Below are positions 12,110-24,819 of a stretch of DNA of 43,087 nt, piece after piece. Below the pieces are notes generated by a model. The model saw only the letters and a program-made list of their open reading frames with translations. It was not told the DNA's origin and did no database searches. The translations under genes were made by a program, and so were the position numbers. The stretch covers positions 9,016,328-9,059,414 of the forward strand of contig NC_057750.1 in assembly GCF_004010195.1 (NCBI RefSeq), written 5' to 3'. This DNA is from Chiloscyllium plagiosum (lineage: Eukaryota). Position 1 is the stretch's first letter, and the number at the start of each line of letters is the position of its first letter.

Positions 12110-14339
12110 TTCCTTTGTCTCCAGCACGTTGGAACCCAGGGGATTCCAGCAACTTCCAAAGCAGTGTGTTAAATGCAAACAGTCCCCTGGACGAAATCAG
12201 CTCCAACACACACATACACACACACGTTAATGCTTTCATAGACTGTGGTTGGGAATCGATTCAAGACAATCAATCATTTAATCAAATCTTCACATTTCTC
12301 ACACACACACTTACACACGCACAAAACACTTACACAATACCAGCTTCCACAAAAAGGAAGCAACGAGACCACAGAAATACAAACAGTAGTAGGCCATTCA
12401 GCCCATCGAGCCTGCTCCGCTATTCAATAGGATCATGGTTAATCTGATATTCCCCATGTCCACTTTCCTGCTCTTAACTCCCTGACTAATCAAGAATCGA
12501 TCTCTCTCAGCCTTAAATATGCACAAGGTCTCTGCCCCCACAGCTCTCTATGGTAAGGAGTTCCAAAGATTCTCAGCTCTCTGAAAGAAATTCCTCCTCA
12601 TCTCAGCCTTGTAATAGCTTACACATGCCCTGTACTCCCAGTCAAATTAACAGAATCAAAAACGTCGCCACGTTATTTAGAATTTGCCCTCACATCCGAC
12701 TCTCCCCATGCCCCTGCTGGTCCCCCCTTCTCAGTGTGAGAGAACTTAACCTTCGCGATTCTGAGTTCAGTGGTGGTAGGAGCTACGCATCTGTGTCCCA
12801 CTCTCACGTGACACCTACCAAATCTGCTTTCATTGACAAATCCTCCCACCAACCTCCCTCCCCATCCAGCATCCATGGGCACTGTCCCAGTCACATCCAT
12901 CACTGTGGCAAGATGTGACGAGATGACATCAGGTGACGAGATAGAATGGCAAAGATTGGCTGAGTGGCCATGCCACTTGTTGGCCTAGCATTAGCTGGGC
13001 TCTTAAATGCAGGTGGGCAGAAGAATGCCCTTGTTGAGTCCCAAACAGGGGTGGAGATCAACCCCGGGTACAGGATCAGGCCTTCAAGCAATGAGGCCCA
13101 CTAGTAGTAATGGGAATCTCTTGAGGAGCTGTCTCAACTGGGACAGGTCTAAATATGAAAATAAGAAAGGACAATGGTGACGAGTGACAAACAGCAAATA
13201 AAAATCCACAGGAAAATGACAGGACTCTAAACTCAGCCAGTGCAAGGTCTAGCAGTCAAAAGGGGAGGCTCCCACAGAGCTCTCAGTTTTGAAATTGAAC
13301 CTGGCTGCAGCAGCCTTTGTAGGCCTCTGCCATTACTGCATTTGTTGCTTGGTAGTCACGGTTGCCATGGGTTACAGCACTAGCTAGCTTTTCATCTCAT
13401 GGTAGTGGAGTGGAAGGAGAGGGCATTAACGACAAGACAGTACTTCACCCTGGCCTAATCTCAAATCTAGGCCAACTCACCCCTCCAACTGACAAGTGTT
13501 TTACCTGAATCCGTGGCCCGGAAAGACCTAGTTACAGATCGACAATTTCAGAATCAGGTTGGACTGGAATCTTGACCTCCTGGCTCAGAGGTCGGGACAC
13601 TACCACCACTCTATAAAGAAGCCTTGTAAGTCCCAGTATGATCAGAAGCAGATGTCTCTTCCAGCATCCAGAACAACCTTTTCCTAGCCACACTCAGTTC
13701 TGAAAAAGGGCCACTGGACCCAAAACACTAACTCCACTTTCTCTCCACAGGTGTTGCTAGACCCGTTGAGCTTTGACAGCAACTCTTATTTCTAAAAAGC
13801 AGGGCAACTTTGATGGCAACTCCGGTGAACTTGCGAATTGGTTTCAGAACGCGAACGGGAGAGAAACTGGAATATTCGCCCCACTTCCTTCCCAGGACAA
13901 CTTGGTGGGGGAGAAAGAGACATCTGCCTCTTGCCCAAAATTGGAGGCCAACATGAGCAGTAATGAATCCATTCATGCTTGCACACATGGAGTGGCCATT
14001 TTGGAGCGGCCATTTTGAAGCAGACATTAGTCCATTGTTGTTAGGGGCAATGGTGCCCCAGACATGGATCAGTATCAAGAGAAGACAGTCCCCTGGTCAT
14101 CAGTAATGCTAACTACTGTCTGTCTGCATTCATAGGAGTCCACCTTGCTTCGTCTAAAGAGACTAGTTTGAAAAATAATTGAGGCGCCGACAATTGAATC
14201 AGATTGTCAAAGAATATCACATAACCCTCTATTGATTGCAAACAGTTAAATTATGTAGACATGCAAGATGCCACCCTGAGTCACCAGTGCTGAAGAATAG
14301 GAGTGAAGGTTTTCACTGTCTCTCCCCTCCATCAACATT

Positions 14340-14530
14340 TCTCTCCTGACATATTAAAGAACAGCTGACCCTGTCACTCCCTCGTTGCCATCTGTGGGAT
14401 CATGCTGTGCACAGATTGACAACTCCCTGCATCAATGACAGTAACCGCCCTTCAAAAGGTATTTCCTCAGCTGCTTTGGGGATGCCCGGAGGTCGTGAAA
14501 GGCACTATGGAAATGCAATCCTTTATGCTT
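14340..14530 (+). mobile_element. Deu-domain-like SINE 3' fragment
   Basis: tgtgggatcatgctgtgcaca...gtgaaaggcactatggaaatgcaa resembles the DeuSINE (SacSINE1/AmnSINE1-type) core and tail, recognised from memory. Confidence 0.55.
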
Positions 14531-14959
14531 TGGGTAAAAAGGACATCCAAGCTGACATTCGGTGAAATGGGAGTGGCAGGATGAGTGGCGGGGGGGGGGA
14601 GACCCCAGATAGATATTTGCCAAGATCCTCAATCCAATCTCCCACGTTACACTGCACTCCCCCCCCCCCCCCCCCACTGCCAACCACACTCCAAATTCCT
14701 TCTCAAAGTCACTGATTAAGGAAGGGCTTTCAATGTCGGAGGTGTTGGGACCCCGAGTTGGGTTGCGAACTAAAACATTCAGGGTGCAAAATCCAAGGCA
14801 TTAACCGTTGCCGTCCAGTTTGGGCCAATTTACAATAACTATTCCATTAACTAGCTCGCTAACTAACTAACTAGCCCCCAACTCTTGTAGTTCTTCAAAA
14901 ATGGAGGTCACACTGGGGGAGAAAGGTTGGGGAATGCAATGGACCGAGGCGTGGGGGAA

Positions 14960-15215
14960 ACAGGCAGCAAGGGACCCGGGTTCGGTCCTACCCTCGGGCG
15001 ACTGTCTGTGTTGAGTTTACACCGTGTCTGTGTGGGTTTCCTCTGGGTGCTCTGGTCTCCTCGCATGGTCCAAAGATGTGCAGGTTAGGGTGGACTGACC
15101 ATGTGGGGATTACGAAGTAAGGGTCTGATCTCTGGAGGGTCAGTGCAGGGATGGAGTGGGATGCTTATCGGTTCGGACCCCAACGGGCTGAATGTTCTGT
15201 TCCCACACTGTAGGC
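14960..15215 (+). mobile_element. HE1-like SINE, degenerate, in the putative RhoU/V-like 3'UTR
   Basis: gggacccgggttcg...tccaaagatgtgcaggttagggtgg...tgttcccacactgtagg. Confidence 0.75.
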
Positions 15216-15559
15216 AATTCCACTGTGGTGGGCGTCACCCTGGATCTAACCTTCCCTTCCAATCCCTCAGCGACAAGCCCGATTTCCAAGTGATAACGGG
15301 AAGAAGGATCAGAATGCTTTGCCCGTCAAGCCCACCTGGGGGATACTGAAGATTTTCCATCCCCCCCCTCACCCACACAATAAAAGTCTTCTCTTTCAAA
15401 CTTGGCAAGGGATAGCAATTTGCCGAAACAACAAAAATCAAAATCAGGTTTATCATTAGGATGAAAAATATAGAGCGAGATGCCACTACTCTCCCATTCC
15501 TCCTCCACCAACACGTTCCTGAAAAGTCCAATGACTGAGAGCCACGGGTTGAACAGTTG

Positions 15560-16018
15560 TCATACCACGCAGACGTACTTTCGCCACCAGGATTTCGACA
15601 AGGTCCTCATTTTCTTGGCGGTTAATGCTTTCACCCGGTGCTCGCTGCTCGCCCGCGTGTCCGCGTGGCGCAGCCCGCTCACGATGGCCATGTCGAAGAC
15701 CTCCTTCAGGTTCTTCTGCGTCAGCGAGGAGCACTCCACATAGGCCACGGCGCCAACCTTCTCTGACAGTGCCCGGGCCACGGCCTGGGGCACCGGCTTC
15801 TCCTTGCACCTGGCCAGCTCGATCAGGACCTTCACGTCCCCCCGCAGGTCACACTGGGTGCCCACCAGGACCACGGGCGCCGTGGGGCAGTGCCGGCGGA
15901 TCTCAGGGATCCACTTCTCCGTCACGTTCTGGAAGGACGAGGGGCTGACCACGCTGAAGCAGAGCAGGAAGACATCGGCCTTGTGGTAGCAGAAGCGGCG
16001 AAGCTTGTCAAATTCATC
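15560..16018 (-). CDS. RhoU/RhoV-like GTPase, coding exon 3 (459 nt including TGA)
   Basis: Pyrimidine tract and cag acceptor at 16021-16019. Encodes [26 protein letters not shown]...VGTQCDLR...[15 protein letters not shown]...[12 protein letters not shown]. Spliced CDS is 738 nt = 245 aa. Confidence 0.95.
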   Translation of the reverse strand, partial: DEFDKLRRFCYHKADVFLLCFSVVSPSSFQNVTEKWIPEIRRHCPTAPVVLVGTQCDLRGDVKVLIELARCKEKPVPQAVARALSEKVGAVAYVECSSLTQKNLKEVFDMAIVSGLRHADTRASSEHRVKALTAKKMRTLSKSWWRKYVCVV

Positions 16019-16838
16019 CTGCGCCGGAAGGCAGAGGCAAGGGAGGGAAAGAGTAAAACGGATAAATTAAACTTTTGCCGACTCCACGCTGAAATAAACT
16101 CTGATCAAATCCCAAAACTGCACCAAATATTGACAGAGTGCAAAAGATAACAGTGACTGAGGTTAGAGTAGGCCTCAATGTTGCCTGTTTCAGACTACTA
16201 CTTCTCCTTCAGATCAGTTGTCCGAATCAAACTCGGAATTTCTCATTCAGATCACTGCTGCCTAATTCAACTTTTGGCTTGACATAGTTTGTTTTCCCCC
16301 TAAAATTGACTCCCCGGACTCTGAACACTTCCCAGTCTCATCACTGTTACACAGGTGGCCAGCGGGTTACCCCAAGGACCAGGGGATTTTGAGTTTGTAA
16401 CTGAATGACCAGAGGTGCGTGCACGCGCATGACCAAGAGCAAACGAGAGAGAATTCAACTCAGACGTTCTGAAGTTTGCTTGTTCAAACTTCACCCCTAG
16501 AGATTTAAATACCCAAAAATCTCTTGACTTTCGCTCGAGTACAGTGCTGAGGGAATACTGTTTCAATACAAGGGGTTGCCTTCTAATATTAAATATTAAA
16601 AATGGAAAACATCACCCCCTAATGCAGATTTAACAAGAGCACTGGCACCTTACCTAGGTGACCTGGGCAAAAAAAAGAGTGATCCTCAAATTAACCAGAT
16701 TATTCAATGAGGGCCACTTGCTTGCAGAGATTGGTCACTGCAGTGTACTGTTAATAACTTCACATCAAAAGTGAACCAATACCTGACTAGGAGGATTAGG
16801 AACCAAAGTACAAGCTCACAACAAACACTGAGGCTCAC

Positions 16839-16897
16839 CTGGCCAGCGGTATCACAGAGCTGCAGTCTGATAGGGGTCCCGTCGACTTGAACAACGG
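16839..16897 (-). CDS. RhoU/RhoV-like GTPase, coding exon 2 (59 nt)
   Basis: Acceptor ttgtgtatttcag, donor CAG|GTGAG. Encodes (A)VVQVDGTPIRLQLCDTAGQ (G3 motif). Phase matches exons 1 and 3. Confidence 0.95.
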
Positions 16898-17599
16898 CTG
16901 AAATACACAACAATAAGAGGAAATCAGCTTCATCAGGGGTCAGTGCGGGTGGGAGTGCAGCGCTCCCTGATATTCAAGAACAGATGAACTCTGCACTGGT
17001 TTCTGAATCCAAGTGTCAAATTGCGTTGTCACGGTTACTTTTTACAGGTTACAGCAGATTGTACACGGAGTGGAAAGGGTTAACATTGAGGAGGGCCTCA
17101 AGTTCCACCTAACACACAAGATTCTTAGGGGGCTGAACAGGGCAGATAAGAGTGTGTCTCAGACAAGAGGGAATGATCCCAGAATGAGGGGGTCATCCAT
17201 TTAAGACAGAGATAAGGGGGAATTGAATTTCTTCTCTCTGAGGGGAGTGGCATTCTTTGCTGCAGGAGCTGTAGAGGCTGGACCCATAAGATTATAAGAC
17301 ATAGGAGCAAAGATCAGACCATTCAAGTCTGCTCCACAACTCAACCATGGCAGATAAGTTTCTCAGACCTATTCTCCTGCTTCCTCCCTGTAACCTTTGA
17401 TCCCCACTGACAATCAAGAACCTATCTCTGTCTTAAATATACTCAAATACCTGGCCTCCACAGCCTTCTGCATATTCAAATTGGATTTTTAATCATTAAG
17501 GGGAATTGAGGGCGACTAAGGAAAAGGCGGAGTTGAGGATTATCAGATCAGCCATGAGCTCATTGAATGGCATAGCAGAATCGATGGGCTGAATTACTG

Positions 17600-17915
17600 A
17601 AGCCCTACAGTGTCCATCAAGCCCACACCAACCCTCCAAAGAGCATCCCACCCAGACTCACCCCCTACCTGATCCCTGTAACCCCTGCATTTCCCACAGC
17701 CAATCCACCTAGCCTGCACACTATGGACAACTGAGCACGGCCAATCCACCCTAACCTGCATTAGGCTTGGACTTTGGGAGGAAATCATAGCAACTCCACA
17801 CAGACACAGGGAGAACATGCAAACTCCACACAGACAGTCACCTGAGGGAGGAATCGAACCCAGGTCCCCAGGACTGTGAGGCAGCCGTGCTAACCACTGA
17901 GCCACTGCATCACCC
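17600..17915 (-). mobile_element. HE1-like SINE in intron 1
   Basis: Reverse complement of head (gtggctcagtggttagcacggctgcctcacag), body and tail. Confidence 0.85.
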
Positions 17916-18710
17916 CCAAATGGCCACCTCTGTTCCCTCATCTGGTCTTACGAGGGTGTGAGCGAAGGACAGCGGAGGATTGCAAAGGAGTGAGACCGAA
18001 CATCGAATGCGGCTGAGAAAGGTCTCTGTGATTATCTGTAATCATATCGAGACAATCCAAAACCAACACTCCCCCCAAACTGTTACTTTGGGTGTGTGAA
18101 TCTCCCAAGGTTTGTGCTCAGTAGCCTCTCCTGAAACTAAGCCAATGAGTTGGCACACTGCTCGGTGTGTGTGAAACCTCAGAGACTGAACCACTTAGAG
18201 GGAACGTTGCCTGTAACTAACATTAAAAAAATCACAGCGGGTCAGGTAGCATCTGTGGAGAGAGAGAGAGAGAGCACAAGCTAATCTTTTGAGTCTAGAT
18301 GACTCTTCGTCAGAGATGGGTCCAACCAATCCAACCTCTCCTCGTCCCTCCATACCCCGGGATCAGCGAGTGAATCCTCACTGAGCTGCTTCCAATATCT
18401 TTCCACAGATAAAGGGGCCTTTTTATGGAGTTCAATGTGACTCCTCTCCAGAGTTAAATGAAGCACTTTGGGGACATTGCGTGGTATAGTGGTCAGTCTC
18501 CCTTCCTCCAGGCCAAAGTCTCTTGGTTCGAATCCAGCTCCAGGATTTAAGGCCGTGGGAGGAGAGTTCGTAATGTGACCAGACAGGTTGACCGTTGCCT
18601 TGGAAACACTTCTGACACCGCGCCCCTCCCCCCCCACCAACGGCAAGAGTGGGAGAGATTCCATGATCATGGGATGGAGAGGTCTTTGGATCAGCCCAAT
18701 CTGTAGATCC

Positions 18711-18917
18711 AGAGAGTGTGGTGCTGGAAAAGCACAGCAGGTCAGGTAGCATCCAAGGAGCAGGAGAATTGATGTTTCGAGCATAAGCTCTTCCATCAGA
18801 TTTTTGATGCCTGAAATTTCAATTCTCCTGCTCCTCGGATGCTGCCTGACCTGCTGTGCTTTTCCAACACCACACTCTCGACTCTGACCTCCAGCATCTG
18901 CAGTCCTCACTTTCTCC
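18711..18917 (+). mobile_element. Fold-back Penelope-like element in intron 1
   Basis: Inverted arms, with flanking near-duplication ctgtagatcc (18701-18710) and ctgtagctcc (18918-18927). Confidence 0.75.
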
Positions 18918-18935
18918 CTGTAGCTCCGAGTGCAA

Positions 18936-19135
18936 CGTGTGTGTGTGAGATGTGTGTGTGTGTGTCTGTGTCTGCGTGTGCGACTATACTCCAGCGAGAC
19001 TGTGTGTATGAGACTGTACCCCAGTGAGACCCAGCGTGTGTATGTGTGTGACTGTTGCCCAGTGAGAATCAGTGTGTGTGTGTGCAGGTGTGTGTGTGGG
19101 ACTGTACTGCAGTGAGAGTGCGTGTGTTGTGCATG
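18936..19135. repeat. Degenerate (GT)n-rich simple repeat
   Basis: Interrupted gtgtgt runs. Confidence 0.8.
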
Positions 19136-20160
19136 TTTATTGGAGCAAGTGGGACGCTGGATAGGATCAGATTGGTGCCAATATGGGGGCATGATGCCCC
19201 TTTGGGTTGATTCAGGATCTGCTTCCCGGCCCAACCCATGGCAAAGATCGGGGGGGGGGGGGGGTTGAGGGAATGGGGTGGGACCCATCCTTGGGCAGCG
19301 AACTCCAAGCAGAAAAGGTGGCGGTGGGCTGTCCGGAGGAGGGTGCCGCTATATCAATGCAAGTCTGTTCTTTCTCAGCAGGAGGCAGAGAGGCCTGGAT
19401 CGAGCCACATCTGAACGTGCGTGAACGAGAGAGCAAGACTAACTCGAAACACAAAACACGGCTATCGGAGGGTGCTGGGCTTTTGTTCAGAAGGAGGTGG
19501 GAAGGGATGCAGAATGCAATGAAGAGAAACGCAAACACAGATTGAAAAAAAATCTCTTCAAAAGGAACCGAGAGGGCATTTAAATACAAAACAGAGAAGA
19601 AAGTACACACTCACACACACAGCAAGGATGGATGTAGATTATTTCAAAAGCTGCTCGGGGAAAGATCAGGTGTAAACAAAGACTTTAGTCTCTCAGTAAT
19701 CGCAAGGGCAGTCCTGGGCAGGAGAATTTGTACAAATCCAACTTACAAAAGGATCAAAGGAAACAGGCCCCAGGCAGAAGTGTCACTGAAAAGAGCAAGT
19801 GGGTCAAGGTCTAAGAGAGTTGCAGGTTGAGGGGGAAGTGTTTAAATCTTGCGCAGAGTTCAGATGGTGCTGAACATTTCATAACCTTTCTGAGCAAGTG
19901 TCCGGGACTCCAGGACAAATGTTTTCTGACATTGCACCACAGGGAAATCCCAGGCCTGATCTTCGGTTGCGGTTGGATTCTCAGCTCACACAATGTCAGT
20001 GCAAGCACTGAGAAAGGCACTATATAAATGGCCCAGAAACCTGCCAACTGGAGCTTCAACTTTTCTAATTTGGGAGGATTTGCAGAAAAACAGCTCGACC
20101 CGAGTCAAAGGTGACTGCAACTTTGCGACGCCCTCCCCAGTCGAATCGCTGGCAGCTTCT

Positions 20161-20401
20161 AACAGATGAGAAACTTAACAAACAATCCAGGTCTTTTTCA
20201 GTATGTAATTTCAGCTACGTCACACTGTAAACTTTTGCTATAAATTCTGTGTCTTACAATCTTATTCTCCACAGACACCTGATGAAGGAGCGGCGCTCCG
20301 AAAGCTAGTGCTTCCAAATAAACCTGTTGGACTATAACCTGGTGTTGTGTGATTTTTAAACTTTGTACACCCCAGTCCAACACCGGCATCTCCAAATCAT
20401 G
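20161..20401 (+). mobile_element. Penelope-like terminal fragment (second family)
   Basis: Homologous to 42296-42479 and partly to 3157-3212. Contains a hammerhead core followed by AATAAA. Confidence 0.7.
20276..20310 (+). ncRNA. Minimal type-I hammerhead ribozyme motif
   Basis: CAC-CUGAUGA-A-GGAGC(GGC)GCUCC-GAA-AGCU-A^GUG. Helix I CAC/GUG, 5-bp helix II, palindromic helix III AGCU, CUA cleavage triplet. Confidence 0.7.
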
Positions 20402-20954
20402 AAGACAGCTTGGCAGTGAGGAGAGGGCAAGGTACCCAGGCACCAGAGACCCCTCCGCCCCTAACCATGTGAGATTCACAGGAAAGGGTATCCGAGTTAC
20501 CAGCAAGGCTGAATGGCCTACCTGTGTTCCTGTGTCTCATGGCTTTTTGGTTGCCTGGGTCATGGCAAGATAATGATAACAACAACTTACATTTATATAG
20601 ACCCTTTTCTTAAGTGAATCCAGTGCTTCACTTCTGGGCTGAGAGAAACTTGACATTAGGAAATATGAGGGAGGTGACTGAGTGCTTGGTCAGAGAGATA
20701 GGGTTTAAAACAGCAGCTTAAAGAGGAATGAGGGGGTCAGAGGTTTAAAGGAAAACAAAGACATCCATTTATATAGTGCCTTTCTCAACCACCAAATAAC
20801 CCAAGTGCTTTACAATCAATGAAATTCTTTTTTAATTGCAGTTGGTGTAGCCATGTAGGAAACATGGCAGCTGTTTACGCACGGCAAGTGATTCAGAAAC
20901 AGGAATGTGATGATGATAAGATGACCTGTATTTTAGTGACATAAAAAAAAAGAG

Positions 20955-21200
20955 AGCCGCGGACACTGGAGATCAGAGACAAAAATTATAAATTGCTGGG
21001 GAAACTCAGCAGGTCAGGCAGCATCTATGGAGTGAGGAAGAGAGCGCGGGCGAGAAACAGAGATAGTATTTGGAGTTGACCCTGCGTCACAGAACATCTG
21101 TCTATCAGACCTGAGAGTTACCGGGCTCGATGTTAACTGTTTTTCTCTCTCAAACCAGATGCTGCCAGACCTGCTGAGTTCGCCCAGCGCTTTCTGCTTT
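20955..21200. mobile_element. Fold-back Penelope-like element (third, older family)
   Basis: ctggggaaactcagcaggtcaggcagcatct ... agatgctgccagacctgctgagtttcgcccag inverted arms. Relatives at ~10595-10680, 13695-13790, 18225-18315 and 39833-39935. Confidence 0.65.
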
Positions 21201-22099
21201 TTAGGGATGTTGATTTGCGGGTTAATTAAATATGGGTCAGGAAGGACACGGAGGATAATTCCCCTGCTGTTAAATGAAACAGTGCCCTGGGATTTTGTTT
21301 TTATACCCATCTGAGCAGGGAGCAACATCTCTGAAAAGGTTAGAATTAGATTTTATTGTCGTGTGTACTCATGTACAGTACAAATTTCACAATGTCATCA
21401 TTTCTGGCACCATCTTAGGTCCAAAGGTTCAAAGCCTTATGTAAAGTGTGGAAAAAAAAAGAAATGTTAAAAGTTCAACATTATTTCTTAAAGCTCCAAA
21501 TTGTAGTCCTTTGTTTGTAATGGGTCTGCAGTCACTCCCATAAGGGTTCCATCTCTCACCTTCACCCCCCACCCCCTGCGCTGGCCTTGATCTCTTGATT
21601 TCCCCCCTGCCCTACGGGCTGGGCTCCACCTTTCCCCCCTTCCTGTCTAGCTGCTGAGTGCCACCATTAAGGCAATGCAGCACTTCCTCATTACTGCACC
21701 AGACAGTCGGCCTTGGTGGTTTGGTTCACTGAGTTGAGGTGGGACTTGACCCGGGAACATTATGACCCAGAGGCGAGCGTGCTGTGCATTCACACCTAAA
21801 GAGGATGCGGCTCTGGGCTCTGATGGTACGGAAGGTGCCAACGGTGGAATGGTTTCGTTTTCTTCCATTCATTTGCGGGATGAGGGTGTTGCTCACTTGT
21901 TGCCCATTCCTATAATTGCTCAGAGGGCAGTTAAAAATCACCCACAATGCCGTGGGTCTGGCTACACATGGGTAAGGATGACAGATTTGTTCCCCTAAAA
22001 AGGACACTACTGAACCAGATGGCTTTTGTTTTAAAACCAATATTGGTCATCATTTGACTTTTAATTCCAGATTCTTTAGAGTCATACAGTCATCCACCA

Positions 22100-22568
22100 T
22101 AAGACATAGGAGTGGAAGGCAGGCCATTTGGCCCATCGAGTCCACTCTGCCATTCAATCATGGCTGATGGGCATTTCAACTCCACTTACCCGCACTCTCC
22201 CCATAGGGATGTACAGCACGGAAACAGACCCTTCGGTCCAACGCGTCCATACCGACCAGATATCCTGACCTAATCTAGTCCCATTTGCCAGCACTTGGCC
22301 CATATCCTTCTAAATCTTTCCTATTCATGTACCCATCCAGATGCCTTTTAAATGCTGTCATTGTACCAGCCTCCCCCACTTCCTCTGGCAGCTCATTCCA
22401 TACTCGTGCCACCCTCTGTGTGAAAAGAGTTGCCCCTTAGGTCCCTTTTAAATCTTTCCCCTCTCACCTTAAACCCATGCCCTCTAGTTTTGGACTCCCG
22501 ATCCCTGGGGAAAAGACCTGTCTATTCACCCTAACCATGTCCCTCATGATTTTATAAATCTCTATAAC
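22100..22568 (-). mobile_element. CR1 3' fragments
   Basis: Reverse complement of the CR1 ORF2 end and 3'UTR (gtacagcacggaaacagacccttcggtcc...). Confidence 0.8.
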
Positions 22569-22699
22569 GTCTTTATTGAATTCTAATTCCTGGTGGGATT
22601 TGAACCCTGGGTCTCTGGATTAACAATCTAGTGATAATACACTGTCACCTCCTGAAAAAAAGACAGGGAGAGACAAGAGGCTAGAATTGGATAGGCCCA

Positions 22700-23390
22700 C
22701 CTTAAACAGTAAAACAAGGCTGCATCTGACTGAAATATTTCAAATTCTAACAGGGCTGGACAGGCTAGATGCAAACAGCATGTTTGCCCTGGTTGGGGAG
22801 TCTAGAACTGGAGTACACACAGTCTCAGGATAGGGGGTAAGCTATTTAGGACTGACATGAGGAAAGATTTCTTCACTAATCTCCCAGCGAAAGGAAAGTT
22901 GATGTTAAATTTGAAAGGGTTCAGAAAAGATTTACAAGGATGTTGCCAGGATTGGAGGATTTGAGCTATAGGGAGAGGCTGAACAGGCTGGGGCTGTTTT
23001 CCCTGGAGCATTGGAGGCTGAGGGGTGGCCTTAGAGGTTTATAAAATCATGAGGGGCATGGAGAAGATAAATAGACCAGGTCTTTTCCCTGGGGTGGGGA
23101 GCCCGGAACTAGAGGGTATAGGTTTAAGGAGAGAGGGGAAGGATATAAAACGGACCTAAGGGGCAACTTTTTCCACATAGTGGGTGGCTCATATGTGGAA
23201 TGAGCTACCAGAGGAAATGGTAGGTGCAGGTACAGTTACAATAGTTACAAGATATTTGGACAGGTACATGGATAGGAAGGGGTTAGAGGGATGTGGGCCA
23301 AAGGCAGGTAAGTGGGACTAGTTGAGTTTGGGGACCCTGGTCAGCATGGATGAACTGGGCTGAAGGGTCTGTGCTGCATGGCTCTAAATA
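22700..23390 (+). mobile_element. CR1 3' fragments
   Basis: gaaagggttcagaaaagatttacaaggatgttgccagg...gagaggctgaacaggctggggctg through the 3'UTR. Confidence 0.85.
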
Positions 23391-24255
23391 TTCTCATTGG
23401 AGTGTTCTCAAACCCCTGCTCTCCATTTCTACAGCCTCTGTCATTCAAGATCTCTCCTCACCTCCAACTCTGGCCCCTTGCTCATTAAAGGTTAATAAAG
23501 TGGTCATTCGGCCCCTCGACCCTGCTACACTGGCCAATGTGATCACGACCAGCGTTGAGGCATCACCTCCACTTCCCCACCCACTCCCCATGTCCTTTGA
23601 TTGGCCGAGACACCCAAATCTGGGTTAATCCCAGACTGGAACGATGGTGCATAATCCCCAGGGATAGGGGTGGGATTTCAAATCCCAGAGAATTCCCCAA
23701 TTTTCCTTCGCTCCACCATTGGTAGCCCTTTTCCAAAGAAGCTTCAAACCCCACCCTCAATCGTGCTTTGGGTGGTCTGCTGTGATACCCCGTCAGGGGG
23801 CTTGATGTGGAAACCTGTTCCTGTACAACGTCACATCATTTTAACAAAAAGGCAACACAAATGCAAGATGTTGTTCAGGATGAACAGACACAGAGCACTG
23901 CCCTCCAGCAGTTGATATCACTAGTCCATGTCTCCTTAGGCAGTACATTGTGTTCCAGGGCGGTGGCCTTGTTGTAATGTGACAGTCTCCACGGTAAAGC
24001 TGTACAAACCATGGAAAGAGCAGGAACATCCCACAACCATGACACCATCAGAATGAACTGTTTGTAACTTAATTCAGAGTCCAAGCCCGGAATCGGTGGG
24101 AGCGCAGGGATTAATAAATTTCAGATTTTTGATTCACACCACAGGGACCAACTAAGGCCATGCAGCCTCACAGAATCACCAGGACCTGGCTATACAGCCT
24201 GGAGCCATTCCCTTACGGGATGCAAACAGCTAGGCTCATTATTCTCAAGGTCCTT

Positions 24256-24410
24256 GCATAACACTGGGGTATGGGACTGGGTGGGGACAGGTCTGTCTCT
24301 GTGTAACACTGGGGTACAGTACTGGGTGGGGACAGGTCTGTCACTGTATAACACTGGGGTACAGTAGTGGTGGGGACAGGTCCGTTGTTGTATAACACTG
24401 AGGTACAGTT
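24256..24410. repeat. ~45-bp minisatellite, ~3.5 copies
   Basis: taacactg(g/a)gg recurs at 24259, 24304, 24349 and 24393. Confidence 0.9.
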
Positions 24411-24819
24411 GTAACCCCATGGAGGATTCCACAAGTGAACATGGAAATTACGAAGCAAAGTGATAGACACTGAAATGCTGTCTTGTCTCCCTAAAACAAT
24501 GTTGGCACCAAGATAGGATGCAAGGTCAGCGATTATACTCCGAGGTTAGAGACTTTTCGAAAAGTATCTTTTTTCGTGGAAAAAATAACAGGATTTGAAC
24601 AATGTACAGCCTGTTTTCCATTGTTAAAAGCTGGACAAACAGTAGATATTAACAGAAAGAGATGCGTGGAGAGGAAAGTGAGGCATCAACAAGATAATAA
24701 ACATCCTGCTGCCTTATCTCCAGGGAGCCCAGGCTTGTACGCAGGAAAAGCTTGCCTGTTCAAATACACAGTTTTTCCCCCTCCTGAAGGTCTTCCCTCC
24801 TGCATCTGATGAATTTCCC

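Noticed and set aside
13695..13735. Family C hammerhead copies (also 39838-39870) as active ribozymes
   Set aside because: Core nucleotides are mutated (CUGAAAA and AAAAC here; UAAG for GAAA at 39860). Treated as dead relics.
13773..14078. Short ORFs in apparently unique sequence downstream of the Rho stop
   Set aside because: No recognisable homology or convincing splice structure. Probably 3'UTR.
18281..19288. 335-aa minus-strand ORF in Rho intron 1
   Set aside because: Chance read-through of (CA)n repeats and a fold-back element.
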